A DNA stretch of 64,000 bases from a virus, in the IMG/VR virus record IMGVR_UViG_3300046787_000345, positions 1 to 64,000 of that record. One strand, written 5' to 3'. Each line of letters begins with the position of its first letter. Positions within the stretch are counted from its first letter, which is position 1. The notes beneath the pieces are model-generated. The model was not told the DNA's origin and searched no databases. It worked only from the letters and a program-made list of their open reading frames with translations. Made by a program: the position numbers and the translations under genes. Below, in pieces: positions 1 to 8,960 of this stretch.

Positions 1-443
1 AATAATGCTTTTATTTCAGGCGTATCTTCAAAGTACCCATTTGCTATACCATGCATTACTGCGTTTTCAGTTTCAGATTCATCAAAATTGTAATTACAAA
101 TAACATAATCATCCAATTCGTTGAAAAAGTATTCTTTTCTACCTAACCCACTAAATTCAAATATAAATAATGAATCATCTACATTACCATATTTACTTTC
201 TATTACATCTAATGTCTTACGATAAATACGTTCATTTCCATAACCAGATTTAGCTAAATTATGTACTTTGATTTTATCGGTAATTAAAGTTTGAAGTAAT
301 CCAGGCCATGAAAAGTTATTCTGAATTAACTCTATTCCTAAATTTTTGTAAAGAGATACTAATTTAGAATCTTTATGAAATTCGAATCCGCCACCTGCAG
401 TATATGATGTACCAAAACAATATATGTTTTTAATTTTTGTCAT
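1..443 (-). CDS. SGNH/GDSL-hydrolase-like protein, runs off left edge (partial)
   Basis: Not in ORF track; manual translation from ATG at 443: MTKIKNIYCFGTSYTAGGG...SWPGLL...HNLAKSGYGNERIYR, matching SGNH block I/II pattern. Confidence 0.6.
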   Translation of the reverse strand, partial: MTKIKNIYCFGTSYTAGGGFEFHKDSKLVSLYKNLGIELIQNNFSWPGLLQTLITDKIKVHNLAKSGYGNERIYRKTLDVIESKYGNVDDSLFIFEFSGLGRKEYFFNELDDYVICNYNFDESETENAVMHGIANGYFEDTPEIKAL

Positions 444-648
444 CTTTTAACCCAAATTTAATCCATTTATACCATACTCTTTCATGAATATAATATTGAA
501 TGGGTTTGTACACTAATTCTGCAATACCAAACGCAGTTCCAATTTTAATTGAACCACTTATCCACCACATCAAAATAAACCCTACAAGCGTACTTAAAAT
601 ACGATATGAGATGGTTTTAGCAATATGACGCTTAGGTTGTACTATCAT
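430..648 (-). CDS. DUF2061-like small membrane protein
   Basis: RHIAKTISYR...YYIHERVW motif with two hydrophobic segments; adjacent to APS kinase. Confidence 0.7.
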   Translation of the reverse strand: MIVQPKRHIAKTISYRILSTLVGFILMWWISGSIKIGTAFGIAELVYKPIQYYIHERVWYKWIKFGLKDDKN

Positions 649-1025
649 TATCCTTTATTTGTATCATAAGTCATAGTTCCGTCTGGTTTCATATGACCAG
701 TACGGATTGCAGTACCACTAATTGTAGCAATTTCAGTTGGTGGTTCGTGATAGATTACATCATATCCTACACCCCTACCATAGTTCACCGATTCAATATC
801 AGGTATTACTGAAATAAATAATTTACCACTTTGTAGTAAATCACTTAGTTCTACTTTTAATTCATCAAATACTTGTTGTGCAGTTTTTGGATTATTGTCA
901 TCCACCTCAACATTTCTGATTGCCAACCAAACATTTTTACCTTGATTCAATTGTTGGTCTATTAACCATTGGTGGCCTTTATGCCAATTCTGCCATCTTC
1001 CAATATACAATGCGTATTTTTTCAT
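648..1025 (-). CDS. Cytidylyltransferase-like (HIGH-superfamily) nucleotidyltransferase
   Basis: GRWQNWHKGH (HxGH) and ISGTAIR motifs. Confidence 0.75.
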   Translation of the reverse strand: MKKYALYIGRWQNWHKGHQWLIDQQLNQGKNVWLAIRNVEVDDNNPKTAQQVFDELKVELSDLLQSGKLFISVIPDIESVNYGRGVGYDVIYHEPPTEIATISGTAIRTGHMKPDGTMTYDTNKG

Positions 1026-1495
1026 TATAACTTATTTATTTTGTTTAGATTATTAATCAATTTTGAGAATGATGTATCTGGTGAATCTTTTGTAGTATCA
1101 ATATCGATAAAATTTACTTGTGGTTGTTCGTAGTTAGAAACGTGAAAATGGTCTCTTTCTCTTACTTCGGTAGTATGTACAAATATTTCAGTTATATCTT
1201 TACCAATTTTATCTTTAAATTCTTCACGTAAATCTAAATAAGGTGATACTAATGATACCACCACATCACATTCACATATGTGAAGATATTCTACTAATGC
1301 TTGTGCGTTTTTGATGTTTGTTCGTCTACCTTGTTCCGAATAATCTTTGTTTTGGTAGATTTCGCGTAAATGGTCTCCATCGACATGGAATACTGATTTT
1401 CTCCAATTACGTTTTTCAGTTTGTAAAAATTTGTGTAGTTTATTACCTAATACGGTCTTACCTGCACCTGGTTGTCCTGTGAACCAATATATCAT
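1025..1495 (-). CDS. cysC: Adenylyl-sulfate (APS) kinase
   Basis: WFTGQPGAGKT P-loop, DGDHLR, SLVSPY, YEQP motifs of CysC. Confidence 0.8.
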   Translation of the reverse strand: MIYWFTGQPGAGKTVLGNKLHKFLQTEKRNWRKSVFHVDGDHLREIYQNKDYSEQGRRTNIKNAQALVEYLHICECDVVVSLVSPYLDLREEFKDKIGKDITEIFVHTTEVRERDHFHVSNYEQPQVNFIDIDTTKDSPDTSFSKLINNLNKINKL

Positions 1496-1548
1496 AACTT
1501 TTTTCCCTCTTTATTATAATAGTATATATATCAAATCAAAAAAATCAT

Positions 1549-1577
1549 AAAAAAAGGGAAACTTTCGCTTCCCTTTT
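1549..1577 (-). terminator. Intrinsic terminator after endolysin
   Basis: Minus strand AAAAGGGAAG-CGAAAGT-TTCCCTTTTTTT hairpin plus U-tract just after the stop at 1581. Confidence 0.75.
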
Positions 1578-1580
1578 ATA

Positions 1581-2429
1581 TTATGCTAATAAATGATAAT
1601 ATTCTTTAAAATGTTTTATTCTATCGGCCAAACCGATTGTTCCACCATTTACTCTTTTAGTAATTTTCGTTACAACCGCATCACTTGCTCCTTCATCTGC
1701 AATTCTATGTAATCCATTTTTAGAGAAAAACCATGCTGCAGATGCCAATGCATACTTTGATGCCACTGAATCCGGATTTGATGGGATATCTACACCTATT
1801 GATTTACCAAATGCTGTATAGTTTTCTTTTCCTGTTAATTGAATATATCCACGGCCTCTGAATTTGAATCCTTCACCACTACTTTCAGGTCCATTACCCA
1901 TTCTATTACCATACACTTTGTTTGCAATCTTTTGTGGGTTTCTAGCATAAGGTGCTGCTGATGCTTCAGTTGGAAAGTATTTTCTAAAAATACCATTCAA
2001 ACCTTTTGCTGAATAGTTTAAGTTTTCTTGTGTTAATCTAAATCCACCACTCTCATGTCCACATTGTGCTAAAAAGTGTGCAACTCTTAATGGAGTGTTG
2101 ATTCCAAATTTAGAAGCAACTTCTGGAATTGAATCTATTACAACTTGAGGAACGTGTCCTTTAAGTTTATCTAATTTTAATCCTGCTACTTGAGGTGCAG
2201 GAGTTGATACTGCCGGTTGTGGAGTTGGAGTTGGTGTAGTCGAACCTATGTTCATAATCTTTGCCCAAGTCCCTGGTCCTACTATACCATCTGGAGTTAA
2301 TCCATTTTTTAATTGAAAAGCTTTTACAGCTTCTTCAGTTTTAGGACCAAAGTTACCAATTGGTTCTATACCTAATTTAGTTTGTAATAATTTAACGTTA
2401 TCGTTATTATCACCTTTTTTCAATAACAT
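1581..2429 (-). CDS. Endolysin: N-terminal peptidoglycan-binding domain + GH19 catalytic domain
   Basis: FGPKTEEAVKAFQ..GL.PDGIVG PG-binding repeat; HFLAQCGHESG, ENLNYS, FRGRGYIQLTG, INGG-like GH19 motifs. Confidence 0.9.
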   Translation of the reverse strand: MLLKKGDNNDNVKLLQTKLGIEPIGNFGPKTEEAVKAFQLKNGLTPDGIVGPGTWAKIMNIGSTTPTPTPQPAVSTPAPQVAGLKLDKLKGHVPQVVIDSIPEVASKFGINTPLRVAHFLAQCGHESGGFRLTQENLNYSAKGLNGIFRKYFPTEASAAPYARNPQKIANKVYGNRMGNGPESSGEGFKFRGRGYIQLTGKENYTAFGKSIGVDIPSNPDSVASKYALASAAWFFSKNGLHRIADEGASDAVVTKITKRVNGGTIGLADRIKHFKEYYHLLA

Positions 2430-2445
2430 ACATATCTCCTATTCT

Positions 2446-2931
2446 TTAATCTAAGTTTGTTTTTAATTTACTACTAATTTTTGATAATTCTGCTTTATCA
2501 ACTCCTAAACTATCAATTACCATAGCAAGTAATTTAATCTTTTGATTGTAGCTTAGTTCTTTACCTTGTGTTAATTCTAATGCTCTTTCAAATCTAACTT
2601 TTAATGCTGCTGGAATTATAGATGAATTTATTTCTTCTGCATCTATATTTTCGTTTACACCTTCCAAATCATCTAATGATTGTGCAGGTGCTGCAGGTTT
2701 TAGATGATGATTAGGTAACATGAATCCGTACTCTTTTTTCAAACGATTAAGAATTTCTTTCTTAACATGAGTAGGTAATCCTTTATGTGATGTTGATGCG
2801 AAATCCTTAGCATCAGATTTATCCATATCCTTTGCTACTTTCGCAACTTTAGGACTTGCAGGAGTTTCACCCTTTTGTGCAGCGTGAACCATACCCATAA
2901 ATCTTTGTTGTGCTTTAGATTGTGCAGGCAT
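2446..2931 (-). CDS. Hypothetical protein with DUF3008-like N-terminus
   Basis: MPAQSKAQQRFMG...DFAST.HKGLP pattern. Confidence 0.55.
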   Translation of the reverse strand: MPAQSKAQQRFMGMVHAAQKGETPASPKVAKVAKDMDKSDAKDFASTSHKGLPTHVKKEILNRLKKEYGFMLPNHHLKPAAPAQSLDDLEGVNENIDAEEINSSIIPAALKVRFERALELTQGKELSYNQKIKLLAMVIDSLGVDKAELSKISSKLKTNLD

Positions 2932-2932
2932 C

Positions 2933-3124
2933 TTAATCTTCCTCTTCTACTGAATATAAAATATACTTAACTGAATCAGTTGCAGGTTTTTCTGGGTCTT
3001 CTGCAGAATAATATACTTGATTATCAGCCAACCAAGCTTCACATAATTCGTATGTGTTCAAATGCTCAGTTCCTTCTACTGCATCAGTAGAACCTGGAAA
3101 TGTAATTTTGTAAGTTGTTGCCAT
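2933..3124 (-). CDS. Small acidic hypothetical protein
   Basis: ORF packed in the operon, 63 aa. Confidence 0.55.
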   Translation of the reverse strand: MATTYKITFPGSTDAVEGTEHLNTYELCEAWLADNQVYYSAEDPEKPATDSVKYILYSVEEED

Positions 3125-3154
3125 TTTGTATTTTCCTTTGTTTTATGTTAGTTA

Positions 3155-3406
3155 TTATCTACCAAAATATGAATGGTCATCGTGTTCTAAACCATATTTC
3201 ATAATTGTTTCGTCATCTAATAATCGAGCATTAATAGTTCCTAATCTTTTACCTTTGTAATAAACTGACCAGTTACCTTGTGGAGATGCATCGACAGTGA
3301 TGTTTTTTAAATCTTTGATACTTCTATCGTGTAGTTGAACTGCATCCAAAAACTTAGCAGCTTTTGGAGTTAAACTCACCTCATTTAATATTGTTGTTAA
3401 TTTCAT
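3155..3406 (-). CDS. Hypothetical protein (probable start MKLTTILNE at 3406)
   Basis: Internal ATG removes overlap with upstream gene; N-terminal ILNE motif shared with neighbours. Confidence 0.55.
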   Translation of the reverse strand: MKLTTILNEVSLTPKAAKFLDAVQLHDRSIKDLKNITVDASPQGNWSVYYKGKRLGTINARLLDDETIMKYGLEHDDHSYFGR

Positions 3407-3407
3407 A

Positions 3408-3626
3408 TTATTTCTTATACCAAAAACTTTTCGGATTAGTTGAGTAATTACCATCTATTCTAATAGCTATTTCGTTTGATACTTTACTAGCAACATCATC
3501 GTTACCACTAAAATGTAAAACTATAAAAAATAACTGCATAGAAAGTGCTATTACACACCAACCTGCTGTAAAATAGACTAATCCTTGAATAAAATATTCT
3601 TCGATTTTTTTCTGTAAACTTTTCAT
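3408..3626 (-). CDS. Small membrane protein
   Basis: One long hydrophobic segment; preceded by ATATTTATA motif. Confidence 0.55.
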   Translation of the reverse strand: MKSLQKKIEEYFIQGLVYFTAGWCVIALSMQLFFIVLHFSGNDDVASKVSNEIAIRIDGNYSTNPKSFWYKK

Positions 3627-3682
3627 TGAAACTCCTTATTTCTCAATATAAATATAAAGTTTTTAAGGATTCATAAAAAGTA

Positions 3683-4210
3683 TTAGTGTTTGATGTGCTG
3701 AACTCTCCATTTTACGTTCTTAGTACGCAACATTTGTTTTGTTGCATCTACGTTTTTTTGGGAGTCATCTGCGAAGTAGATATCATCGTAACCTTTATTA
3801 TCAATCATATCTTCAATCCAATCTGCTTTATCTTTTGGATTGTTTGATGCTAATGCGATTACGTTGATTTTATTGGAATTGATACCAATATCTCTTAGGT
3901 ATCTTCTAATTGGGTCTGCTGCCGAACGAGCAGTTAGGATATATACTGGTTCTTTTGAAGTTTGAACCACTTTTCTTAGTACGTTAGTAATTCGCTTGAT
4001 TTCTTCCGGTTGTTTTACTTGTTCGAAATCAGAAAAATCAAATACATCTCCTGGTTTCTCATTATATATTGCATATTGAGCTGGAGATAGTTTACTTTTT
4101 TTACCACCTTTATGGGTAATGTATATAAATGAGGTAGTTTTGACTAGGGTATCATCAAAATCAAATATTCTTAAATTCTTACTTTCAGTAAATAAACTTC
4201 TACTTATCAT
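3683..4210 (-). CDS. HAD-superfamily phosphatase
   Basis: FDFDDTL motif I, ILTAR motif II, FADDS motif IV. Confidence 0.8.
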   Translation of the reverse strand: MISRSLFTESKNLRIFDFDDTLVKTTSFIYITHKGGKKSKLSPAQYAIYNEKPGDVFDFSDFEQVKQPEEIKRITNVLRKVVQTSKEPVYILTARSAADPIRRYLRDIGINSNKINVIALASNNPKDKADWIEDMIDNKGYDDIYFADDSQKNVDATKQMLRTKNVKWRVQHIKH

Positions 4211-4227
4211 ACGTTACTTTTATACAG

Positions 4228-4259
4228 CTAATATACGATAAATTATCGATATTACCAAA
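4228..4259 (-). promoter_or_regulatory. Bacteroidota sigma-A-type promoter
   Basis: Minus strand TTTG-N20-TATATTAG upstream of HAD gene. Confidence 0.7.
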
Positions 4260-4263
4260 TATT

Positions 4264-4581
4264 TTACCCGTTAATTTGTTGTTTTTTTGCCTTCGGTAAA
4301 GCTTTTTCTAACTTATCGTTTTCTTTTGTAAGATATTCTACTTTAACACTCAATGCAGCTACTTCTTTTGTAAGAGATAACACCATATTACGAAGGTCAT
4401 CTTTTTCCTTAGATGATTGTTCTAATAAGGCTTCTAATTTAGAAATTCTATCTTTACAATCATGTCTGATAAAATCATCATCTTTTTCTTTTTTCTGAGC
4501 TCTTTTTTCATAGAAACGAAATGCAGATGCTCCACCTAACATAGTGATTGCCGTTATTAAAACTGAATAAATATTTTCCAT
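4264..4581 (-). CDS. TM + coiled-coil protein (holin/lysis-accessory-like); probable start at 4581
   Basis: MENIYSVLITAITMLGG TM then heptad coiled coil; ATG at 4581 overlaps upstream stop. Confidence 0.5.
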   Translation of the reverse strand: MENIYSVLITAITMLGGASAFRFYEKRAQKKEKDDDFIRHDCKDRISKLEALLEQSSKEKDDLRNMVLSLTKEVAALSVKVEYLTKENDKLEKALPKAKKQQING

Positions 4582-5141
4582 TATCGTTTCCCCATTACAT
4601 CCCAAGCAAAATCTATCATCTTTTTCATGCCGGAATTTATATATTTAGATTTATTTGTAGATGATAGTGCATCGTATAATTTTAAAACAGCATTAGCAGA
4701 TTGAACATCTACCATCATTACCTTACCTGTCTTTTGGTCTTTTACTTTCAATGCAGAATGATTTTTTACTATATCATTAAGAACTTTGAGAACTTGAACA
4801 TCTCCTCTTGGAGCTTCTACTTCTGCTTCGTTTACTGATTCACTTTTGTATTCGTGATAATTGGATGATGCTTGAGATATAAAATTCTCAGAATTAGTGA
4901 TATGGTCTTGAATCCAAGCAGGAATATCTTTTTCAGTTTCTCCCATTTTAGCTTTTAATTCGGTTGCCATCTTAATAATAGTATCCAATGAATTTTGGGC
5001 CATTGAAACTTCGTGGTCTTCGCCTTCAGCCTCTTTAAGAGATTTGAAAGAGTTTGCATATGGGTTGGAGTAAACTTTACCAAGTTCAACTTGTTTACCA
5101 TTCCAATCCATAGTTTTCATCATTCCTTTTAAACTTATCAT
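4581..5141 (-). CDS. Hypothetical, probable head-packaged protein
   Basis: MISLK start; DHEVSMA...PAWIQ module; SLKE and ESVNE linkers. Confidence 0.5.
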   Translation of the reverse strand: MISLKGMMKTMDWNGKQVELGKVYSNPYANSFKSLKEAEGEDHEVSMAQNSLDTIIKMATELKAKMGETEKDIPAWIQDHITNSENFISQASSNYHEYKSESVNEAEVEAPRGDVQVLKVLNDIVKNHSALKVKDQKTGKVMMVDVQSANAVLKLYDALSSTNKSKYINSGMKKMIDFAWDVMGKR

Positions 5142-5542
5142 ACTGATGCCTTTTTTATACTTTGTTGTTTTTTATAATTCAAAAGAGTTTGTGTAACTGC
5201 TTTTAACTTTCCCTGTTGTAATTTGAACGTATCTGATGTTTTATCTTCCATACTATTCATTTTATCTTTAATGTTCTTAATTCGTTCCATATACCCTTTG
5301 ATTCGTTCATTAGGTGTATGTTTACGATATTCATCTACATTGTTGTTACAACCGATTGCTTTATAAAACTTAGAATAATCAAAAACGATATTTTCATCTT
5401 TGAATTGTTGAACCATTTTATCTGCAATCTCTTTACGATTACCCATATCTTTGACTTGAATAAGTATATCAATTATACCATCAACCATCTGATATTCGTT
5501 ATTATCTAACTTTTCTTTTAATATGGGAATTATCTTCATCAT
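5138..5542 (-). CDS. Hypothetical protein
   Basis: N-terminal IPILKE motif; overlaps neighbouring gene. Confidence 0.55.
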   Translation of the reverse strand: MMKIIPILKEKLDNNEYQMVDGIIDILIQVKDMGNRKEIADKMVQQFKDENIVFDYSKFYKAIGCNNNVDEYRKHTPNERIKGYMERIKNIKDKMNSMEDKTSDTFKLQQGKLKAVTQTLLNYKKQQSIKKASV

Positions 5543-5544
5543 TT

Positions 5545-6168
5545 TTAGTCTTTACATGTCTTCCAACCACCACCTTTACCTTTGTAGTTTTTTGCTGCCC
5601 AACCATTTGCATATGCAGATGGATAAACATCAAACTTTTTCTTTGCTGCTGCTTTCGATGCAGACCACTTAGCAGGGTCAGTTGGACAATTTCTTTCTAA
5701 AAATAATTCCATCTTTTGTTCTACTGTCAATTTCATATTTTCATTTTTACCAGCACCAGTCTTTACAAATGTAGGTTTCTGACCTTTCTTTTGTTCTCCA
5801 CCTTTTTTACTATCACCTGCATCAGATTGTGCTGCTCTTTTTCTTTTTACAAATGATGCTCTACCATCTTTACCCAATTTACTTGCTTTTGCATTAGAAA
5901 GACATGCAGCATAGGCAGAACCTTCTTTACTGTCCCCACACTTACCAACCTTCTCACCTTTTGAATTATATCTATCCCATCCACCAGTAGGACCTTTACC
6001 AAACCATTTACGAAGGTCTTCACTAATTGGTGTATTATCATTTCCACATTTGTGGCAAGTATATGGGTGTTTACCACCATCAGATATATTCCATGACCAA
6101 CCACAAGAATCACAAATTACTTTGTTATCCGTTACCTCTTCGTTTAATATATCTTTTAAACTTATCAT
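5545..6168 (-). CDS. Basic hypothetical protein with Zn-ribbon and DUF5872-like module
   Basis: CxxC...CxxC; LRKWF; KFDVYPSAYANGW. Confidence 0.55.
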   Translation of the reverse strand: MISLKDILNEEVTDNKVICDSCGWSWNISDGGKHPYTCHKCGNDNTPISEDLRKWFGKGPTGGWDRYNSKGEKVGKCGDSKEGSAYAACLSNAKASKLGKDGRASFVKRKRAAQSDAGDSKKGGEQKKGQKPTFVKTGAGKNENMKLTVEQKMELFLERNCPTDPAKWSASKAAAKKKFDVYPSAYANGWAAKNYKGKGGGWKTCKD

Positions 6169-7565
6169 TATCCTATATACGCATTTAATTCATAAGAATT
6201 TTTCATACCATATACTTGAATATGAAGCATTTTCTTTTGAGGTTTAAAATCTTTTCTTAAACTAAGATGAAATTTATTTGTTTTACCTTCCGATGGTTTA
6301 CGAGGACCCATTCCGATTTCTCTTGCTGCTTCTTCCTCATCGTAATCATATCCACTTTTCTTAGCCCAATCTAATCCTGCTTGAATTGCTGATGTATATG
6401 TTTTGTGATATGTATCGTATTTTGCTTCGTTGATAGTAGATTCTAATACTACTACTGCAAGTTCTTTTTTATCAGATGGGTGGATACTTGCAGGAGTTTG
6501 TTTACCAAATATAGTTACATTAACCCCATCAGTTCCAATACTATGAACTTTATTTAAATATCTTTTTGCATTTTGGTGTAATTCATCATTACTAATCATG
6601 TCATTCATTGAACTCTTCTTATTATATTTAAGAATTGTATCACCGATTTTTGCATGTTTTTCGTAATCTGCGAAAGTATTGTATTGTTTTTTAATTTTGA
6701 AATTTCCGTTTGATAATGTTTTTAATTCATTAACGGATTCAGTTTGTCCCTTTCTTATATTTGAAAGAGATTGTAAAGCGTTTTTTAACGTATTTTGGAA
6801 TTTGGTTTTTTGTTCTGGAGATTTAGTTGCAGATATCTTATCTCTTAATACCTTAATTCTATTGTTAAGATTTTGAATTCTATCACCTTCTACTGATTCT
6901 TTAATTCCTAATTCATCTTGTACATCGGTAATTTCTTTATAATCCATATCCAACATAGCATCAATAATATCTTTTCTTGATGCTTTTGGATTTTTACGAA
7001 CTACTGCTGCTACTTTTTTTTTAGTGAAAGAACCGCCATGGTCATACATTCTAAGAATTTCTTTAAAATGAACATCATTTACACTCATCTCATTTACCGA
7101 TTCTTCGAATTCACCTTTCATATCTTTATGTGCTTGTCTTGCTGCAGCACCACCAACCATTCTTGACGCAGGGTCAGCGTTTTTCAATGATTTTATAACA
7201 GATATTTGCTTTTCAATTAAGTCTTTATATAATTTAATATACTCATCCTTAGTAACTAATGAATTCTTTAATAAGAATAATATAAGTGCAGGTTGTTTAC
7301 CTCTTGTTTTAGCATCTAATTGAGTAGTACCATTTAATTTAGCCAAATCATTAGCCACATTAACCATATTTCCAAGTTTACCACTAAGCATTTTATTAGC
7401 AGGAGTATTTGCATACGCCATAGCTAAATCTAAAATTTCAACTGGTGTCATCTTTTTATCGGTATATTGTTTTTTACCTAAATCGTATGATGCTTCTGAT
7501 AATGATTGTCTGAATTCTTCTCTGACAATTTCTCTTACTATTTGTTTTACTTGTACTTCGTTCAT
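6168..7565 (-). CDS. Modular hypothetical protein, probable protease-processed virion polyprotein
   Basis: Unrelated modules separated by SLSE, ESVNE (x2), ESVE, ESTINE. Confidence 0.5.
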   Translation of the reverse strand: MNEVQVKQIVREIVREEFRQSLSEASYDLGKKQYTDKKMTPVEILDLAMAYANTPANKMLSGKLGNMVNVANDLAKLNGTTQLDAKTRGKQPALILFLLKNSLVTKDEYIKLYKDLIEKQISVIKSLKNADPASRMVGGAAARQAHKDMKGEFEESVNEMSVNDVHFKEILRMYDHGGSFTKKKVAAVVRKNPKASRKDIIDAMLDMDYKEITDVQDELGIKESVEGDRIQNLNNRIKVLRDKISATKSPEQKTKFQNTLKNALQSLSNIRKGQTESVNELKTLSNGNFKIKKQYNTFADYEKHAKIGDTILKYNKKSSMNDMISNDELHQNAKRYLNKVHSIGTDGVNVTIFGKQTPASIHPSDKKELAVVVLESTINEAKYDTYHKTYTSAIQAGLDWAKKSGYDYDEEEAAREIGMGPRKPSEGKTNKFHLSLRKDFKPQKKMLHIQVYGMKNSYELNAYIG

Positions 7566-7598
7566 GGTATATTTTTTTGTATATCTATAAATATATTT

Positions 7599-8249
7599 TT
7601 ATTTTTTTAATCGAATTTTCCAATACACACCACCTCTAATATATGGTGTTAAATACCCATTTGTTCCATCAGTTGTTCTATTATTAACACCGATACCCAA
7701 ATTGTATATTTTATTAGATTTAGAATTCATCATCACCCCAACTCCGATAAAATTTACAAAATCAGCTTGATTAACCCCACCTTCGAATCCAGCATAAACT
7801 TTTCTTTTAAAAGGTTCGGGTATTTCAACAGTATCTACCTTTGGATTTATATTACTTGTGTATTTTCTACCTACTAATTTGTTTTGTGAAATCGTATCGA
7901 TTATTGTAATAGAACCTTGTTGTTTATCAAACTTATATGTGTTTGTAAATATATTCTTAGTATTTAGATATTGGGTTACGATAAAGTTAGTATCCACTTT
8001 TGCTTCAATTGTATCATGTACTGCATATGGTATTAGTTTTTCAACTTCATATGGTACTTCAACATCATATGGAACTTCCACTTCAATTGTATCGTGAATC
8101 GGATGTAAAGATTGACCATCAACTTTAACTATTTTTTCAATAGTTTTGGTTCTATTAGGCATTACACCAAATGGGTCAAATGATACTAATGATAATGAAA
8201 TCACTAATACCAAAATAATAATATTTTTTACTTCTAAATATTTTTTCAT
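7599..8249 (-). CDS. Membrane-anchored protein with beta-rich C-terminus (lysis/spanin-associated?)
   Basis: N-terminal TM; HDTI/VDT motifs; amphipathic beta C-terminus GGVYWKI. Confidence 0.5.
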   Translation of the reverse strand: MKKYLEVKNIIILVLVISLSLVSFDPFGVMPNRTKTIEKIVKVDGQSLHPIHDTIEVEVPYDVEVPYEVEKLIPYAVHDTIEAKVDTNFIVTQYLNTKNIFTNTYKFDKQQGSITIIDTISQNKLVGRKYTSNINPKVDTVEIPEPFKRKVYAGFEGGVNQADFVNFIGVGVMMNSKSNKIYNLGIGVNNRTTDGTNGYLTPYIRGGVYWKIRLKK

Positions 8250-8659
8250 TACTTAACCAAAAATAATATAGTCATTATTAAAGCAATACCAGAACCAGCT
8301 TTATAAAAAGCAGTTTTAACTTTCTGAACTTTAAGTTCTTTTAATAGACTATTTGCCTTTTCTCTTTCCAAAGAAAATTGTTGGTCTTTCTTATCTATAA
8401 TAACATTTAGGTTAGTGATTTTTTCATTCTTCAAACTATCCTTTTGTTTATATAGGTCAATTTGTAGATTCTTTTCATCTAACACTTTATACACTTGTTT
8501 CAACTCTGCTTTAGCACCATCACCACTAAGGATATCCTTAATGACCAATTTTGCTATCGGTACTTTTAGAGGTACTATCGAGTCCGTTTTCATATCGGTT
8601 TGTGAAAAACCAGATAAGGTCGTGAGCAGTGTAATCATTAACAGCATTAACTTTTTCAT
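8249..8659 (-). CDS. Secreted coiled-coil protein with C-terminal TM (spanin-like)
   Basis: Signal peptide ending GFSQ, coiled coil, hydrophobic C-terminus; overlaps upstream ORF by 122 nt. Confidence 0.5.
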   Translation of the reverse strand: MKKLMLLMITLLTTLSGFSQTDMKTDSIVPLKVPIAKLVIKDILSGDGAKAELKQVYKVLDEKNLQIDLYKQKDSLKNEKITNLNVIIDKKDQQFSLEREKANSLLKELKVQKVKTAFYKAGSGIALIMTILFLVK

Positions 8660-8927
8660 TTGTTTGGGTTTTTAGTATGTTTATATTTTTGTTTATTGTA
8701 GTTACTCTTTCATCTACTTCATTGATTTCAGTATCCACTTTATCTATATGAGTGTCAATTGCTTTATTTGCAGTTTCAACTGAATCTATTTCGTTTTGTA
8801 AAGAATCGATTTTTCGGTTATATGCTTCAACATCAGTACGGATACTATTGTTAGTAAAGATATTATATCCAACTAAAACAATAAGAATGACCAGTATGAT
8901 ATTTTTAAAACTTAACAAATTTTTCAT
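8538..8927 (-). CDS. TM-anchored coiled-coil protein (i-spanin-like)
   Basis: N-terminal TM then long heptad repeat. Confidence 0.5.
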   Translation of the reverse strand: MKNLLSFKNIILVILIVLVGYNIFTNNSIRTDVEAYNRKIDSLQNEIDSVETANKAIDTHIDKVDTEINEVDERVTTINKNINILKTQTNEKVNAVNDYTAHDLIWFFTNRYENGLDSTSKSTDSKIGH

Positions 8928-8960
8928 AAATAATTTTTCTTTTTATATTAATATAAGTAT

